Shown in pieces: positions 12,401-28,100 of a stretch of 64,000 nucleotides of DNA. This stretch comes from Bugula neritina (taxonomy: Eukaryota > Animalia > Bryozoa). The stretch spans positions 1,561,680 to 1,625,679 of the forward strand of contig OZ037767.1 in assembly GCA_964035545.1 (NCBI GenBank), read 5' to 3'. The position numbers were made by a program, and so were the translations under genes. Each line of letters starts with the position of its first letter. The first letter of the stretch is position 1. A model generated the notes under the pieces. The model had not been told where the DNA came from and ran no database searches. It saw only the letters and a list, made by a program, of their open reading frames with translations.

Positions 12401-14633
12401 CACTTGTAATAGCCAGGTCTGTGTTGTGTGTACATTGTAATGAGTATCTGTGGGTTTATCATGCTGTGTACACATTGGTTCAGCCATTATGGCTACAACT
12501 GCTAGGCTAACATCTATCTATTATAGATGATAGAAAGATCGTGGGCGTCTACCCTATCACCTATATTACTCAGTCCTATAATACAGCTAATTAACTATAA
12601 TATCTTATAAAATATTTTGGGGGCATCACTATAAAAGCAATGTTTAGTTTTTTGTATCGGCCATTTTTAAAAAAATAAGCTATTGAGTATTTTCTTAAGG
12701 CTGATAAGTGTGTGTATCAGAACTAAAGTTCTAACTGTTAGGAATTTATCTTTTTAAAATTGTTTTTACCAAATAATAACTACATATGTCATGGAAGCAG
12801 TTTTGTAGTAAGATCAAAGCAGCTCGACTCACAACTTCTTACCTGAACTCTGGATTCTGGTAGACTAATTTTGAGAGAGACCTCTTCTCTCATAAATATA
12901 TCGGGATATCTAGTCTTCTGGAACAGGTCCTCCAGTACGTCCAGTTGTGACCGAGAGAAAGTTGTCCTCTCTCTCCGCTGTTTTCTAGCAGGTGGTGCTG
13001 CAATTTAAAAGTTTTGTAAAATTTCTTGAAACATACACAGCAAAAAAACTAGATTTTATACTTTGTTTTCTCTTTTTAAGCACAATTTCGAGATAAATTG
13101 CAAATTTTAATAATAAAAACATAACTAGAAATTGGTTAAGAAACTTTAAAATACAAAACATTCAAGCAAAAGTTATACACAATAGAAGTAGAAGTTATTA
13201 CATAAAGGGAATATACCAAAACGTACAATATTTACAACTAGAAGTCATTAAATGCATAGTACAGCAAATTAGTTTAAATAACACATTTATATGCCTGTAA
13301 CAAGGTTAACTTTCATCTCCGTTTGAGGGTTAAAACAGCATTATAAGGTTTGAACTTATTCCTAGGGGAGAATGTCAGAGTTTAGTAATTCAATATTTTG
13401 TAATTTTATTACAATTTCTAAGCTCCGCCAACTACTAGGTGAGATTCAGCTGTATGCTTGATTACCAGGTGAGAAAAGGAAGGTAATGGCATGAAGGTGT
13501 ACATTAGCTAGTGCCACCATTTACAATAATATTATAACTAAATAAGTTATTCTGCTTCATCAATAGTTAGAACTCATGCAACTTCTGCTATAAAATCTTT
13601 GAAATATTTAAATAACTTTGAAAAAATTTGCAATTCCCACACTTACTAAAATTTTGAACTAGCTAGGAGAGCTGTCCAATGAATTCACTCTTGAATATAA
13701 AAACTTTTTCAAACATTTGTAGATTATAAATATTCAAAGATTTAATTTCAGTGCAAGAAAACAATAAAACTGGAGTTTTTAAAAAGATATTTAGCCTCAG
13801 TTTGTTAAAATAGCTAAACCAAAACTAAAAAATATTTTTACTTACATTAAAGTATTGACTTCAAACATGCTTTTCCAGCAATAGCATTAGTTGATTTACC
13901 CAACCCACCTTTTTTTTATAAGTAGTGAATAAAATAATTTCATTTTCTACGACATTATTTGTAGCCTTATCTGATTCTCTCACTTTAGCAAATATTTCAA
14001 CTCGATTTAAAATCTTGAGGACATTTCAATGGTTTCTTTTTACCAGATTGTTTAAAAAATATATATTTGTTATTTAGCACATAATTCTACAGGATGTAAG
14101 TGTCTGAACCAGAAATCTTTGAAACAAGTTAGAAGATGCACCACGCCCTGTGCCTTAACCACTCATTACAAGTCCATCAATTAGCCTCCATGTCATTCAG
14201 TGCAAACATATTAAATGAAAAATAACTGAACATAACAACAATAAATCTTTCAGGCAAGAGGCAAACCAACATCTTAATGTGATAGAAAGAGAATAACTAA
14301 AGGAGAAATAGCCAGAGACGTCTCAACCCTGTACGTAGAGAGCAATGGTTGACTGGTTTGGCTGTAAGATAATCTCCACTCTAGAAGTTACATCTACAGG
14401 AATTTACGGTGGCCTTGTAACCACATATAGCAGAAGGCTAGAGTTTGGTTTCGGATCAGGAGTGTAACAAACTACTTACCAGGAGTATAGGGGTTCATCC
14501 CTGGGTGCAACATGTCCATCCCATTAGCCCCCAGACCAAGTCCATTCATAGGATAGGCTTGGGCATGGTTCGTGGGTGGGTGAGGGTAAGCTATGTTGTG
14601 CATACCATAAGGGTAATTATTAAACGCAGCCAT
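9421..14633 (-). CDS. Otx: Otx/orthodenticle K50 paired-class homeodomain protein, about 328 aa, exons 14633-14480, 12997-12843, 10098-9421
   Basis: N-terminal YPMNGLGL...MDMLHP motif; homeodomain [62 protein letters not shown] with K50 and the usual Q/V intron. Phases sum to 987 nt. The first two exons are absent from the ORF track. Confidence 0.96.
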
Positions 14634-17600
14634 CCCCCTGCAACATAAACTTACAATTTTAGTAGATGATACTCAAATTTTGCATTCTACGAAGTCCTTG
14701 AAAGCTATTTTGACTAAGTGACTCAAAAGCTTTTAAACCACTTGCGTTTGACGCAGATGGCGAATTGATTTGGTTATTTACTGGCCGAACAATTAGCAAA
14801 GTATATCTTCATGCATTAAACTCTAGCTGGAAGGGATCTTGCTACCAGTTTAGCGTGTCACTCATTGCTTTACAGTAAGATACATGCAATAACTAAAATA
14901 GAATGATGGATGCAACAATAATAATGGTAATAAAATGTATAGTTTGAGATACTATATTAAAGAATACGCGTTTTGATACAACCATTTAGCTATTAATACC
15001 CAAGTTTTTAATATTTACATTTTAAAAAGAAAATAGTTGTAAGTTTGTAAAACTAAAGTGTATTAACTACTACAGCTTATCTCAAATGTTTGTCTAGAAG
15101 TAAACATAACACTATAGCATCAGAAAATTTATAGTAAATACTAAATAGTAGCTTAAATATTGAATTAATATAGATGACTATAATAGAAGCTGCCAGACTA
15201 ATAAAACTGTAGTTTCAATCCTTAGTATTTCTTAGTATAAAAGAGTCAGGCTGGGTTAAATACATTATAATGATACTATTCATCTATTACACCAGATTAT
15301 AATGTTATAAAATGTAATCCCTTATGTACACCCCTTACTTACTCTTGGTGGTATATTTCTGGTACCATGTTGTATTCTATTAATAGAACGTTCAGAAAAG
15401 CTTGCTCAGCACCAGCTGGTCAGAATAAGTGTGAAGTAGCAAAAATATAGCCAGCTAGGTAACTGATCATAGCCAGCCAATCAAAGGTTCAATTTCCTTG
15501 ATACTTAGTTTCAATAGGCTCTTTTATAAACAAAAGTTACAAGTAAACAGAGTGAATTTTGACACTTCAGTCAGTGAAATAACTGAAAAATCAGGAACTA
15601 GATTGTCAGTTGGAATATTTCATAATGAGAATTATATTATCTACATTCTGTAGTAACACGGATTGCCACTGTTGAAATGCAAGGCAGTGTAGGTTACAAA
15701 CTCTGAATTTGCCAAAACCTTCACTCATTTAAGCACTAATTATAAAATTGACAGTAGCTGTCACATACAAATACTCTCGACTACAACTGTAAATATAAAC
15801 AGGTTCAGATATATGACAGCAAAAGGAGTGTATAGAGCAAACTAAAAGTACCCCCTCATTGAATGGCTCAAAGCATAACTGCTTGAAAAAAATATTTTGA
15901 CAAGGGCAATAAACATTCACACAGTAAACCCATATTTTGACCTAAATTATTTTTAGAAATAATACATTTAGTAATAGCTTCCAAAATAAAATTTCCCATC
16001 ATAAAATATGCATAATTTCAATAACAACAATATTTTATAAAATCTATATGAGATTAGAAAACTTAAAATAATTTTTAAAAATTGACCCCAACAAGGTTTA
16101 AATTTTATCCACTCCTTTTTAGGCAGTAGAATCCCTTGTTTTAAGGGACTGATGCCTGATGATGCCGTCAATTAAGATGTGCTGTTGAGGTTTAGCAAGC
16201 CTGTAGACAGCTTGTCTGTACATTGTGTGAAACCATATACAAATATAATATGTCAGCAATGCTTAACTACCAACATGAAAATCTACCCCTTACAACAAGG
16301 CTATTTACAAAACATTAGTTAATGGTATATATTTATATTATAATTATGATGAACTACTTGCCTTTGTATACATAGCCATTTCTAATAAACATTTTTTATA
16401 CCTGGCTACGAAGTTTTAGCCTTCATATATAGCCCAAGTTTGGCGTCTAAACTACAGGCAGTTGCATGCTCATTACATTATATAAACTAATTTGCTCCAT
16501 ACTGGTTATTAATATTATTATGTTTTACTGAACTAAAAATTTTGGTCAACTCAGAGTGATAACGTTATATAAATTAGAAAGTTTATGTATTATGAAAAGG
16601 AATGTGAAAAGAAAGCTAGCGTGCTCCTTCGTAATGGCAGAAGAAATTTGCTCAGTAATGTGTAAAGTAGCATGATAGCTTGTAATATCTATTTGATGAA
16701 AGGGTGGTCGTGTTATAATCATCATTTCGTGACAGAAATATGCAATATACCATATGGCTTGGCTAGTTTCCTCAATAGAGTATAATTGTGGTAAGAGACG
16801 TTACGTATTGTTACGTAGATATTATATTCATGTGTACAACTTTGCCCGGCTCCGTAGTATTGATTCATTATTAGATTTGCTCAAAATAAAAAAAATAATG
16901 AGAGTTGTTGACAAACTATTTTAAAAACTTTAAATTATGTTAAATTAAATAATTAATATTTACTTAACATTTGGATATATATTTTATAGAGAAGAGCAAG
17001 GAGTGGTGAAGTTAGAAAATATCAAATACAAACATCACGTATAAGACACTTACTTCAGTAATTCAATTATATTTCATAAAATTGTCAAAGTGTCAGATAT
17101 ATTAGTGATGCTAGAAGCTGATTGGTTAATCAAGCACTAAAAGCTGCATATGTTATGAAGCACCTACACCTTCACTGTCACTTGTTATAACTATTGTCAA
17201 TTTAAACCATAACTTATTTCAAATCTGCCACAAAAACTGAAGGGTAGTGAATGTTTACAATAACCGTTGAATCAAGCATGAGCAAGATAGAATAGACTTT
17301 TGAAAGCAGCACAAAAAGCTCAGGAAAGTGGATGCAACCACATGTGGCTAGCACCCACCTCAAGGTAATAAGGAATAAAATGGAATAAATATTTCAATTG
17401 TCAATTTTACACCCTCAGCGCTATATTCTACTACAAGTAGAGAGATGAGGCCTGTAAAGTATATTATAACACGGAGTGAAATTCTACACCTCCAATCACT
17501 GAAATACACTAACAAAGCAACTGGTTTTTGTTGAAAATAAATTACTCTAGTAAACTTATAGCTTGAAGGCATTGCAGTTAAAACCAGCTTTAATTAAAAT

Positions 17601-18660
17601 AGTTTAAATTCACTTTTCCCCTATACCAATTACCATACCTTTTAATAATTATATACTGCTTCTTAAATTCTGTTAGACTAGCACAGAACTCGGTGTAAAT
17701 TACTGTTTGTTTGTGTACAGACACCACTCTTGGACACCATAATTGCATAACTTCAATGTTCTCTGTTTCAATTTTCCCACGGTTAAATATTACAGTAAAA
17801 GAAATATTCATGCACACCTGTACCAGCAAATAATTTATTAGTTGTTACTGCATGCCATAAAAATTATATAAATTACCAGATAATTATAGTTCTGAAAAGA
17901 TTCCTGCCTAGGTTGAAAAGCAGGTTTTTCCTAATTTCTTTTGCTGTGTAATTCAATTAGATGAAATTACAACTATTAAAATACATTTTGTTCAAGCTGA
18001 CATGTGGCTTAAACAGTCTAAATTTCAAACATGTTTTTACTTTTGCAACTGATACATTTAGCTATCCTAGATCCTTGGGTGGTTAAAGCAAGGAAAGCTC
18101 TAGTATGAATGTAGGAAATGTAGCTTATCTAATCTTAGCTACTTAAAAAATTTGTTAATAAATATAATTTATTCTTTACTCTAGCCTAAACCAGCACTTT
18201 ACATACTCAAGCGATAAATTAAGATAAAATATAGTAATTTTAATACTAATTCAAATTAAGTTATATTAATTTTAATGTGCCTAACAATATCATTAACGAT
18301 AAAAACAGAAATAAAAGCTTTTAGTTTTACTTTTAACAAACCAAATAAAACTACTATCACGCTTTAAGTTTATTTGGTTAAAAAGGGAATAAACATTTGT
18401 CAGCCTAATAAATTATACTTATATTAGATTAAGAAACCCCAGCTAACAAACTTGTAAACTCTGGAAACTTCTGTCCCAGGCTCATTACTTTATAGAAACA
18501 TGCACCAAATGACCTTATACTTAGAGAAATGAGTAAAATATAAAATAAATTAGCTATGGCTGTGCCACGGATTATTTAATGTTAAAGTTAAACAAGACTA
18601 ACAGTAAGTAAAATATTTTATTATGATTTGAAAGTGTTGAAAAATTGAGTCTATACTTAC

Positions 18661-19200
18661 AGGTTACCAAAATCTGATATTGCCTTGTTGTTATCCAGTT
18701 TGAGGCTGTAAGATACTCGATGTGACACTATCCAAACGTGTAGGAGAAATGCATATACGCCTGCATAAGATATACTCCCAGCACTGCGTCGTGAAGCTAC
18801 TGCAGTATACCTGTATTATATAAGTATGCCAGGTAAACACACAAACAAGATGTACTATAGCTGTAGGCAGCAGGTCAGCTGTGAGCTCGGCAGCACCATC
18901 AGGGTGAGCCGTGGCTGAGGAGCCGAGGACAGCTTGCATGTTAAAGGATGAGTGATGAAACTGAAACTATATTGATGCCGAGAGATGTTAATACTTCGTA
19001 ATAACATTAACATTTGTTGTTATAAAGTGCTAGTTTTATTCCATCTTATACTTGTATAAGCTTACCTTAGCTAAGTGAGTTTGAGCCGAGTTAAGCCTTA
19101 TCTATCTCCAGTGAGACTTTACGATACAATGTCTACTAATCCTCTAGATCACTAATAATGTACTCTATGCTCTATACTGCACTGAATATATATCATTGAG
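18661..19200 (-). other. Probable Otx 5' non-coding exons (about 19200-19066 and 18960-18661)
   Basis: Donor AAG/GTAAG at 19065, acceptor TTTCAG at 18961, donor GTAAGT at 18660; the Otx ATG exon begins with a TTGCAG acceptor at 14638. No in-frame ATG upstream in the Otx frame. TSS not determinable. Confidence 0.5.
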
Positions 19201-21907
19201 AAATGCAGTTAAAGCACCCTGTAAGCCCCTTCTGATCCTTTGCACACACACACAGGGTATATATATGCCAGTCACAGTTCCTAACTTAATTATCCAATCG
19301 AATGGCTAGCTGAAGTAGCACAGGTAAAGGTAGTCTAACACTACGAACTCTCGTCAAAAACGTGTAACAGAAGTAATGGTTAAGACTATACCTCGGGCTG
19401 AAGGTTGCGTAACAACCCTCTGGTATACAAATATTCTATTTGAATGAATGAAAGTCACAAACAGTAACTAAAATATTGTTATTTAACTACCAACTAAACA
19501 AGTCATAATATTGGCATAATGTTTTAAATTTTCAATAAAGGAAAAGAAAATATTAACTACACTCTACCCCAAGCAATAAATGTTGGTTTAAATTTAATTA
19601 TTTTTTATTATATTCATCAGGACTCTAGCAATAGTCGACTGAGGCTGGCTATTCAGAATATACTGTAGATGCATTTCTCCAACTAAGTTGATAAATAAAT
19701 TACGGTTAGTTGCTGCTTTGCAAATTAAACAAACATCTCATATTTGTTCAACCGTTACAAAGTTTGACAGAGTAAAAACCTACAGTTTGTTATTTAGCAA
19801 TACTTTTACTAATTTTCTCAGCTTTTCCTGCAATTTGGTTGCAGGGCCATCTACATGGGAACACTTATGTGTCAATTTGTGAAAATGCATCCTTACATAA
19901 CATTCTAAAAATATTGTCAGTGGAAAGAAAATATTATGGAATAGTGTGTGCTTACAAATAAAGGTATTCCTAGTTGCTGAAATTTTCCCACACACTGAAG
20001 CACTGTTATAATTATAATATAACTGACCACATGGCGGGAGTTTACCAACGCAATAATTTACCATATTTGCTTTATCAATTTTGTTTAAATTATACGTAAA
20101 ACTCAGTCCCTCTGTTTGCGTTACTGAAAGTCTCATCTGTTGGTTTTGAAACAACAAATATTACAGAAGCTGCTCTTCTTTATAACATTTCTTACCAGTT
20201 CCAGTGGTTATCTAAAATTATCTTGCATGAAGCTACAGGACATGTTTCCAATCGCCCCTTCCCACAATATTTATATATTATACTACAACACTATGCATAA
20301 CATTTGCTACAACAAGCATTGGGTGTATATTGCAATACGATGCCTGCAATAACAGGAGAAATAGAAAAATAAATATTTTTTCAAGAAGGTTATTTACCAA
20401 TGTGCAACGTAATTTTTGGTTTGCATCTACAAAATAATATTCTAATTTATATGCTTTATCTCTTTAAGATATTACATCATGTGACCAGCATTATTAACAT
20501 ATGGCTGTAAGTTTTTTGAAACTACATACAAAATATAAATAGCAAAACAAAAACGGTTATATCCACATATCATTTTATATGTTGATGTTTCAAAATTGTT
20601 GAATCAGAAAGATATGTTTTCCATCAGAATGCAAATTGGTTTTGGTTCAATTGACAAACTAGACGAATCATTAAAGTTCTAATGAAAAGCACATTAAAAA
20701 TAAAAAATTAATTATTTCCCTCAAGTTATTCTGAGATAGATACGTTGAAGATACATGATGATAAAACACAAGTATCTGAAGATGGTTTCCAGCTACTTCA
20801 TTAGTTGTCATAATATAAAAAATCTATATCCTTGCATGTCTAGCTGTAGAGAAATTGCAATCAAGGGAGATTAGTAGGGAATTAATTCACGTAAATCTAT
20901 CTAATACTGTCTAATAGAATAGTAAGGCCTTGTATGTGCATGTACTTGACTATATTCGTACGTATGATGCTCCTTGCTTGATCGCTTATGGCCATTGCCT
21001 TTACAACTAGCCGCCTTTACTTCAAATATCTCTATATACAAACATTTTATATTTCTAGGAAAGAAATCTATAAAAACTGCTATTATTGACTTGAAGATGG
21101 CTATTTGAATATATTTTAGTCATCAATATGGTATAATTTCATTTAACTATAAGGCAAATCATAACTTATTTCATCATGTCCCAAGAACAAATGTTGCTTT
21201 TAATGTTTAAAATGATTTGCTAAATTCTGAATTACAGAGCCTGATGTAAAAGTAATTTTAGATGTTATAAATAGTACTTACTGAAAGCAGAAATGACTAC
21301 TTCACAACACATTGGCGAATGTGTCAATATTGTCTACTTGCTACATCACAAACAGGCTTGAGTTTTTCATTTATTGAACCAGGATTTACTTATATTCAGC
21401 TTTATTTTGTTTTGAGACAATAAAAAGAACGATACTATAAGGAAGAGCACCATATTTTTATTCATAATATTCAATAGCATAGCATGTGTACCACAGCAAC
21501 AGGAAATACTAACAGATTGTCATAAACAGGCTATAAAAATGAAAGCCTAAGTACCACAGTTGAGTTTAGCCGACTATAATATTATGGCTATAGCAGTTGC
21601 CTCCTCCGCACATATATACAGCAGTAATTTAGCAACACTACTTATAATAGGAAAATAAACTTAAATTTAGCATAAAATGTAAAAAGTCTAGAAAAAAATA
21701 TCACTAATAAACATCTGAGAATAGGTGCTAAATAATGTAAAAATGTAACAATAACAATACTACAATACTAAAAAGCCTGACAAATTAGCAGTGAAGCAAA
21801 TAATATCAAAAGAAAAAAAAACAGATTGCGTTGAAATAAATGCTTTTTGTTTGTTTTTTGTTTGTTCAAAAAGCCAGAGTATTAATATGTATAAAAGTAG
21901 AACTTAT

Positions 21908-21990
21908 ATAGCACCAGCATGCACACTTGAGTTGTCCCCCTTGCATACATAGCACCAGCATGTACACTTGAGTTGTCCCCCTTGTATACA
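21908..21990. repeat. 41-bp tandem duplication in the probable EHBP1 3' UTR
   Basis: ATAGCACCAGCATGYACACTTGAGTTGTCCCCCTTGYATAC twice. Confidence 0.85.
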
Positions 21991-22144
21991 CACCAAATTC
22001 TCATTATGTAAACTGTTTGGCATCTGTAATATTGTGAAGAATTGTAGTAAATAAGAAATCAGGTGGAATTAAGTAGACTAGTGAAATCTGTTCCATACAA
22101 ATAGAAGACAAGCACACACCCACCAATGAAATAGCACCTGGTAG

Positions 22145-25100
22145 TTATTGTATTAAACACTGTTTCTCATTGGTTGATTTTTGGCTGCCTTTCTGGAAGG
22201 TTTCTTTCAACTCTTCTTCTGTGGCTTCATCTCTATCCAAACTACATAGAGAAATTAATAACATTATATTATCATACGTCATCATATATTACAAGAAAAT
22301 TAATATATATTACAAGCTATATAATGTTACAGACAATATATTGCATCATGTATGACATAATATAACATAACTATGATATCTTATAAACGATAGGCCTACA
22401 TCACAACTACATAATATAATATTATATAATATGATTCAATGTAATCTACAGCTATAACAATGCGTTAAAGCTGTTACATCATGGTAAAATGCCATTAGTG
22501 CTGTTGTTATTATTTTCAAACTTATTTGCTATTCTAAACATTAAATATTAATTTTGAAAAATTTGACATCAATGGCTTGCAAAATCAACTGCATATTATA
22601 CTATACCATAATGTAATATAATATAATATAATATATCATATTATATGACATATTATACTATATTGGAGATTCTAATACACATTATTATATTACGCAACTT
22701 CACATCATGTAAAATGTTTGATAAAAACAGAAAAAAAACGCCAAAAAAGCCAGGCTACGGGCTACAGTGTGACGCACTACCTAAGATCACCCAGAAATTC
22801 TGATAGTAAGAAAAGTTAAAGAACTTGGGTAATTGAAATGCTTCCATTACTGCACATATGTAACTGAAAATGTGAGAGAGAGAGAGGTCCAACTTTGAGA
22901 CTGTTCTCATTGGGAAGGTGACCAGCTGACAGAATATTGGCTAAATTTACTGAACTACAAGATTATCGAGGAGAAGATGTTGACAGCAAGTAAATTCGTG
23001 ATGAAGGTGAATGAAATCCTGGCACATGGCAATTTGATGACGTCAAATGCACCACCTTGTCAGACTTGAAAAGAGATTACCTACGGTATTATGTCTCAGA
23101 TCTACAGTATTATAACTTAAGCCAGTGAATGTCAACTAAAATTGTTTATTTTCATTTGACATGAAGTTGAAATAAAGCAAGTGTAATACAACACCTGAAC
23201 AAAAGTAAGCTGCATGGAAACTATTTATTCTCTAAATTCTAAAACAAAATAATGTATCAATTTTCTTGATTTCTTGCAGAAGTTTTACTCTTAAATTTTG
23301 AATAATTAGATAGAAACTTTTATAAAATACTAATTAAAAAACTAAGTATTTAAAATTATGTTTATATTTAAATCAACTATAAACACTTCAGGAAGCAGAG
23401 AAATAATGGTGAAAGTGGGCTGTCTAGTTCATATTGTTGGACTGTAAAACGAGTAGCAATAAACAACCACTCCATCCATGCAACGTGTTTATTCTAAAAG
23501 AAAACAGAGACCCATCAAATAAAAAAAGTCGAAAAGTTAAATCACTTCACAAACACGAATCTAGAAATCTAGTAACAATGGCATGGGTAAGGTAGACGAT
23601 TTGGTGTGAATTCAAACTAATATATTTCTGATTATATAATGTCCACTTAAAGCATAACATTAATTTATCCATTAATTGTTACAAAGTGACAAGTCAAATT
23701 AAACACCTGACTAAAATGATGAAATACAAATTAATGATGAACATACTAATATGGCAGATATCCTACAAATGCTCGTCTTAAGCCTTCCACCATCCTTCAC
23801 TTGACATCAGACACAAATTATTACCAGAGAATCATTGTTGATTCAGTAGAAATATTTGTTGCAGTTACTTTTTAAAGTCTACTGTGTCAACAGTCCTTCA
23901 TGTTTCATTCCTCCACATTTACACAGTACATAAACCGCATTTGAAAATGGTTGTACACTTTATTCAAATTTTGGAAGAAAAATAAATCTGTCAAAATTAT
24001 AAACTTGAGTTGAAAGTTCAGAGAAATAAAAATGAATAAACAACAAAATTTGTTGCTTATTTAGCCAAAGATAATCTACAAATTCAAATGAAAACAAAAC
24101 CTACCAAAATGCTGAAGAAATTTAATGCATAATGAAATACTCAACATATTTTCAGAATAAGTAGATATTGCAAAATAATAAGAGAGAAAAAAGGCCAAAA
24201 CAATAATGATGAATTCACTATTAGCACGGCAATGCTGCAAACCTTCTGACCAGAAACTAATCTCCTAATCCACTCTGACACCATTTCAACGTAGTGTTGC
24301 AACACTTATACAGACTTACACCAGAGAGTTGGTAGGTGGTGCTGGAGATAATATATATAATAAATAATACAATATACCTAGTATAATATATATTTTCAAT
24401 AAATGGATGTTCCATTAGTATATACCAACATTGCTACCCATGCAACTAGAAGAAAAAAGCTGACTTCCATAACCCCCAAGAAATTTGTCCTGAAGAAAGT
24501 AAAAACTTACCAATATCAACAAGAAAAAATGACAACATTTTAGGCAGATTAGAAACACAAACTAATTTGGACTATGCTCTTATATGTAGAAGGTAATATT
24601 CAGACACTGCTAATCCTCTAAAGAGATCACTTGTAACCACCAGAGAATACCAGCCAGTGTCTACTAGACTATGACTCACAGCGGGGTCAACTAGGTGACT
24701 CAAAAACCTGGATGAAGATAGCCCTGGGTGGCTACCATGTTTTGTATGGTCATTTCTCACAACTGGCTCATACACACCAGCTTTTTACTCCCCTATTTGG
24801 CATAAAACACTGTGCTATTCATTCATAGCAAGACATGACAATATTTAGGCCTTTTACCTGTACAAACTTTTTACAAGACGGTAACATTTTTGGCGTATTG
24901 CTATTGGCTAATTAGTATGACTGGAATGGCTGTAGGCAGTATAGGAGTGCTGTAATACAAACACAGAGGTTGCCAGTATAGTACATGGTGCAGCAACTAT
25001 AAGTCTAACACTGTGACTCGGCCAGCACCTGGTACAAAATAGTGGAGAGACGCAGTAATGGGGAGAGATGTGATGGAGGTTGCCATGGGACAGCCAGGCA

Positions 25101-28100
25101 GAGACTAATCAATCATATTTAGTGTCTGCAGGGAAATAAAGGTACCAACCACCGGCCCTGTGCCCTGCCATCAGTCACATGTCTTGCAGTAAAACAGTCA
25201 TAAAACCTTGCAGTGCATTTATATAAGTCACTGGGGCATAAAAACAGCAAATTTGAAATGCTTACATTCGTGAAGAAAACTGCAAGAATTTCTGCACCAG
25301 ATTGACAGAATTTTCCAGAATTCAAGTTTCAATAGTTCATTACAAATTCAATCGCCTCAATATCGTGGAGCCGTATGCTACCCACAGCTGTGTACTGTAG
25401 GTGTAAAATTGCAGTAGCTTTAGTGCTGCTTCAACTTGCATATATAACTATACTGATATAGGTTAGACCACTGAGGGTTAGACTATGCTAGAAGTGTTAC
25501 CTGGAAAGAAACCACCAAATCACAATTCTGAATGTACACTCTCGTATACATAGACTTACAATCACCTAACGAAAGGACCTCTGAGAACATTTAAAAACAC
25601 CCATCTGTCTGTCTGTCTGTCTGTCTGTCTGTCCAAACACAGCATGGCTCAACATTGCATGGTATAGTCTTTTAGACAGAGCCTGCTTTATTGTCCATCT
25701 TAAACTACTGCAGCTCAGAAACAAGGAAAGAATAAATATTCTTCAATCGAATATTTTAACAATGGCCCAACAAATAACTGAAAATAAATATCATAAATCT
25801 GTCAAAAGGTATATTTACAGCTTTTATATTAGATTTATTTATATCTTCTCCGATGGGTATGTGTTGCAGGTTAGGCTGGGATAAGATCTTTCACTTGCTG
25901 TCACATTACATAATAATGAAGCCTAAATCATCCCACAATTCTACAGAGTCCAAGAGTTGTATAATCAAAGTTCAACTACAAGATTTTATTTTTCAACAGT
26001 TGAAATTTCTAAAAAGTTGATTGGTTCAAAATCTCTCAACAATCACCACGATGGTGACCAGCCATTTAGGAGTCTGTCTGTGTGTCATTCAACATGACAG
26101 ACAGATATATAAAACATCATAAAAACAGTTTTTGAAAAAGCCTGATGATAAAACATTCACAAGCAACTCGGAATACCGGAGGCAAGCAAAAAGAGGTAAT
26201 AAAACATGGATTAGTATTACCACAACCATCATATATGACTTTTCCATATGATCCTTAATTTTAATTTATTCAAATTCAAAAACGTTTAAAACATACATTT
26301 CAGAATACTTCAATAGAAAAATACCAAAATGTTAAAAGCACAAGAATTATTAAGTTATAGTATTATAAATGAAGGTTACATATTTTCTTCTTTTCAACCA
26401 TGTTTAAAAATTAGTTTCAAGTCACATGACTGCATACTAAGTCACATGACAAAGTGTCACATTGTTTACTGACACTTATACTACAAGTGTTAGTACTAAT
26501 ACAATGTTTGTACAGGTTAGTTGTGTATGTTTAACATCTACAACTCTTCCATACTCTTGTCAACGACTGCCCAACACCTAAATTGACAAATAGCTTTTCT
26601 TATCTCAAGTTGTTGAATTTAACCAAATAAACTCTAGCTAAGGGTGCTAATTACCGTTCAGCTTTTCTAGTGCAGTCAAAAGTAACTTCACGCCGTTTTA
26701 TACAAGTTTATTGAGTCAAGAATTCATTTCCAACTATTTTCACTTTTTGGAATACATTTTATACACAAATTGGTGAAACTACGTGTTTTTAGAAGTAAAC
26801 TAAATAATATTGTTTCATCTTCAAAGATGGTAGTCAGTAGCAATGAGCTTTAAGACAGCATATCATAATTTCATCTAAAACAGTGTCAGACACTACAGTT
26901 TTATATTATAATATAAACTCAACCAATTGGAACTGATATACATCTATAAGATTATGACAATATTTAATATATGTAATTAAATATTCAGAGTATTTTAAAT
27001 GCAAAATACAATTGAAATACGATAAGAAGCTCTCACACTTCATAGCCTACAGCAAAAAAACCAGCAGTACAATATTGAGCGCCACCCCCACCCTCCCCAC
27101 CTCGCGAGTATGATTTCAATAGATTTTTAGCAAAATTGTCTTGCAAATGATGATGACTATCATTAAAGTAAAATTCGTTTGGGTAGAATTCTGTCTATTT
27201 TCTAGGTGTGAATGTAATACTAACAGAACAATGGGAGAAATTGAAGAACCAAGCAGGTTGTTTGTCCAGAATTCTTAGTAGACAGTTCTGTCCTGGACAA
27301 TTCTGTTCTGGGTCCTGTATAATTAGGGTCTCGTGTGGATACAGTACTATAATTATAGCTAGTTTGTCTGAAATACTAACAGCTGTTCCAACCGTCTTTA
27401 GCTACGGAGTGCTAAAAATTAGTTTCAACTTGGCATATTTTAACCAGAATCTAAGCAATGAGTTCTCCCAGTTAAAGACGGATTCGAACAGCCAGGAATT
27501 TAATGGCCTGGTCCCTTCTGTTTTTTGAACTGCTATTCAGGCCGAGTTTATTTAATATTAAATAGAGTTAATTTTTTAATATTAAATCGCCAGATTTACA
27601 TCCTGGCAAACGAAGGAATAAAAATCCTACTTCAGTATTAATATTTAGTGTAAACCATTTCAATACTTTGATTGTGCTGAACGCTAACTGGCATAAAATG
27701 GAAAGGGCTTGCTATTCAACTTACATTAAATACAGTTAGAGAATAGGTAAAATAGGCAAAAGGAAAACCCTCAACAATAACTCAAGTGAAATAATCCTAA
27801 GAGCTTAAGTAACTTTACCAAAAGCTATTTAAAATCATGGAACAATGAAACCGCCGCTAATGAATGCCATTGGGTGCAGAGTCCAGGCTTGTAATGCTAC
27901 GAATGAATGTATGAATTGCCGAGGAATAGGAGAAAGGCTGACACTGTATGGTGACAGAAGGGTGAATAGAGCATGTCATACAATGAAATCTTACAATACT
28001 TTTATATACAAGTGTATTTCTTTTATTGCAAACAACAAGGAGAAATTCTCATAAGTAGAGGGATTAAACTGCTAGACACAGCGATATAGCGACGTGTAAA

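Noticed and set aside
22895-23070. About 56-codon open frame in the large EHBP1 intron as a nested gene
   Set aside because: No convincing start, splice partners or recognisable motif.
27208-27528. 106-aa ORF (also 19780-20157 and 28633-28962)
   Set aside because: Non-ATG start or low complexity, no motifs, no supporting exons.
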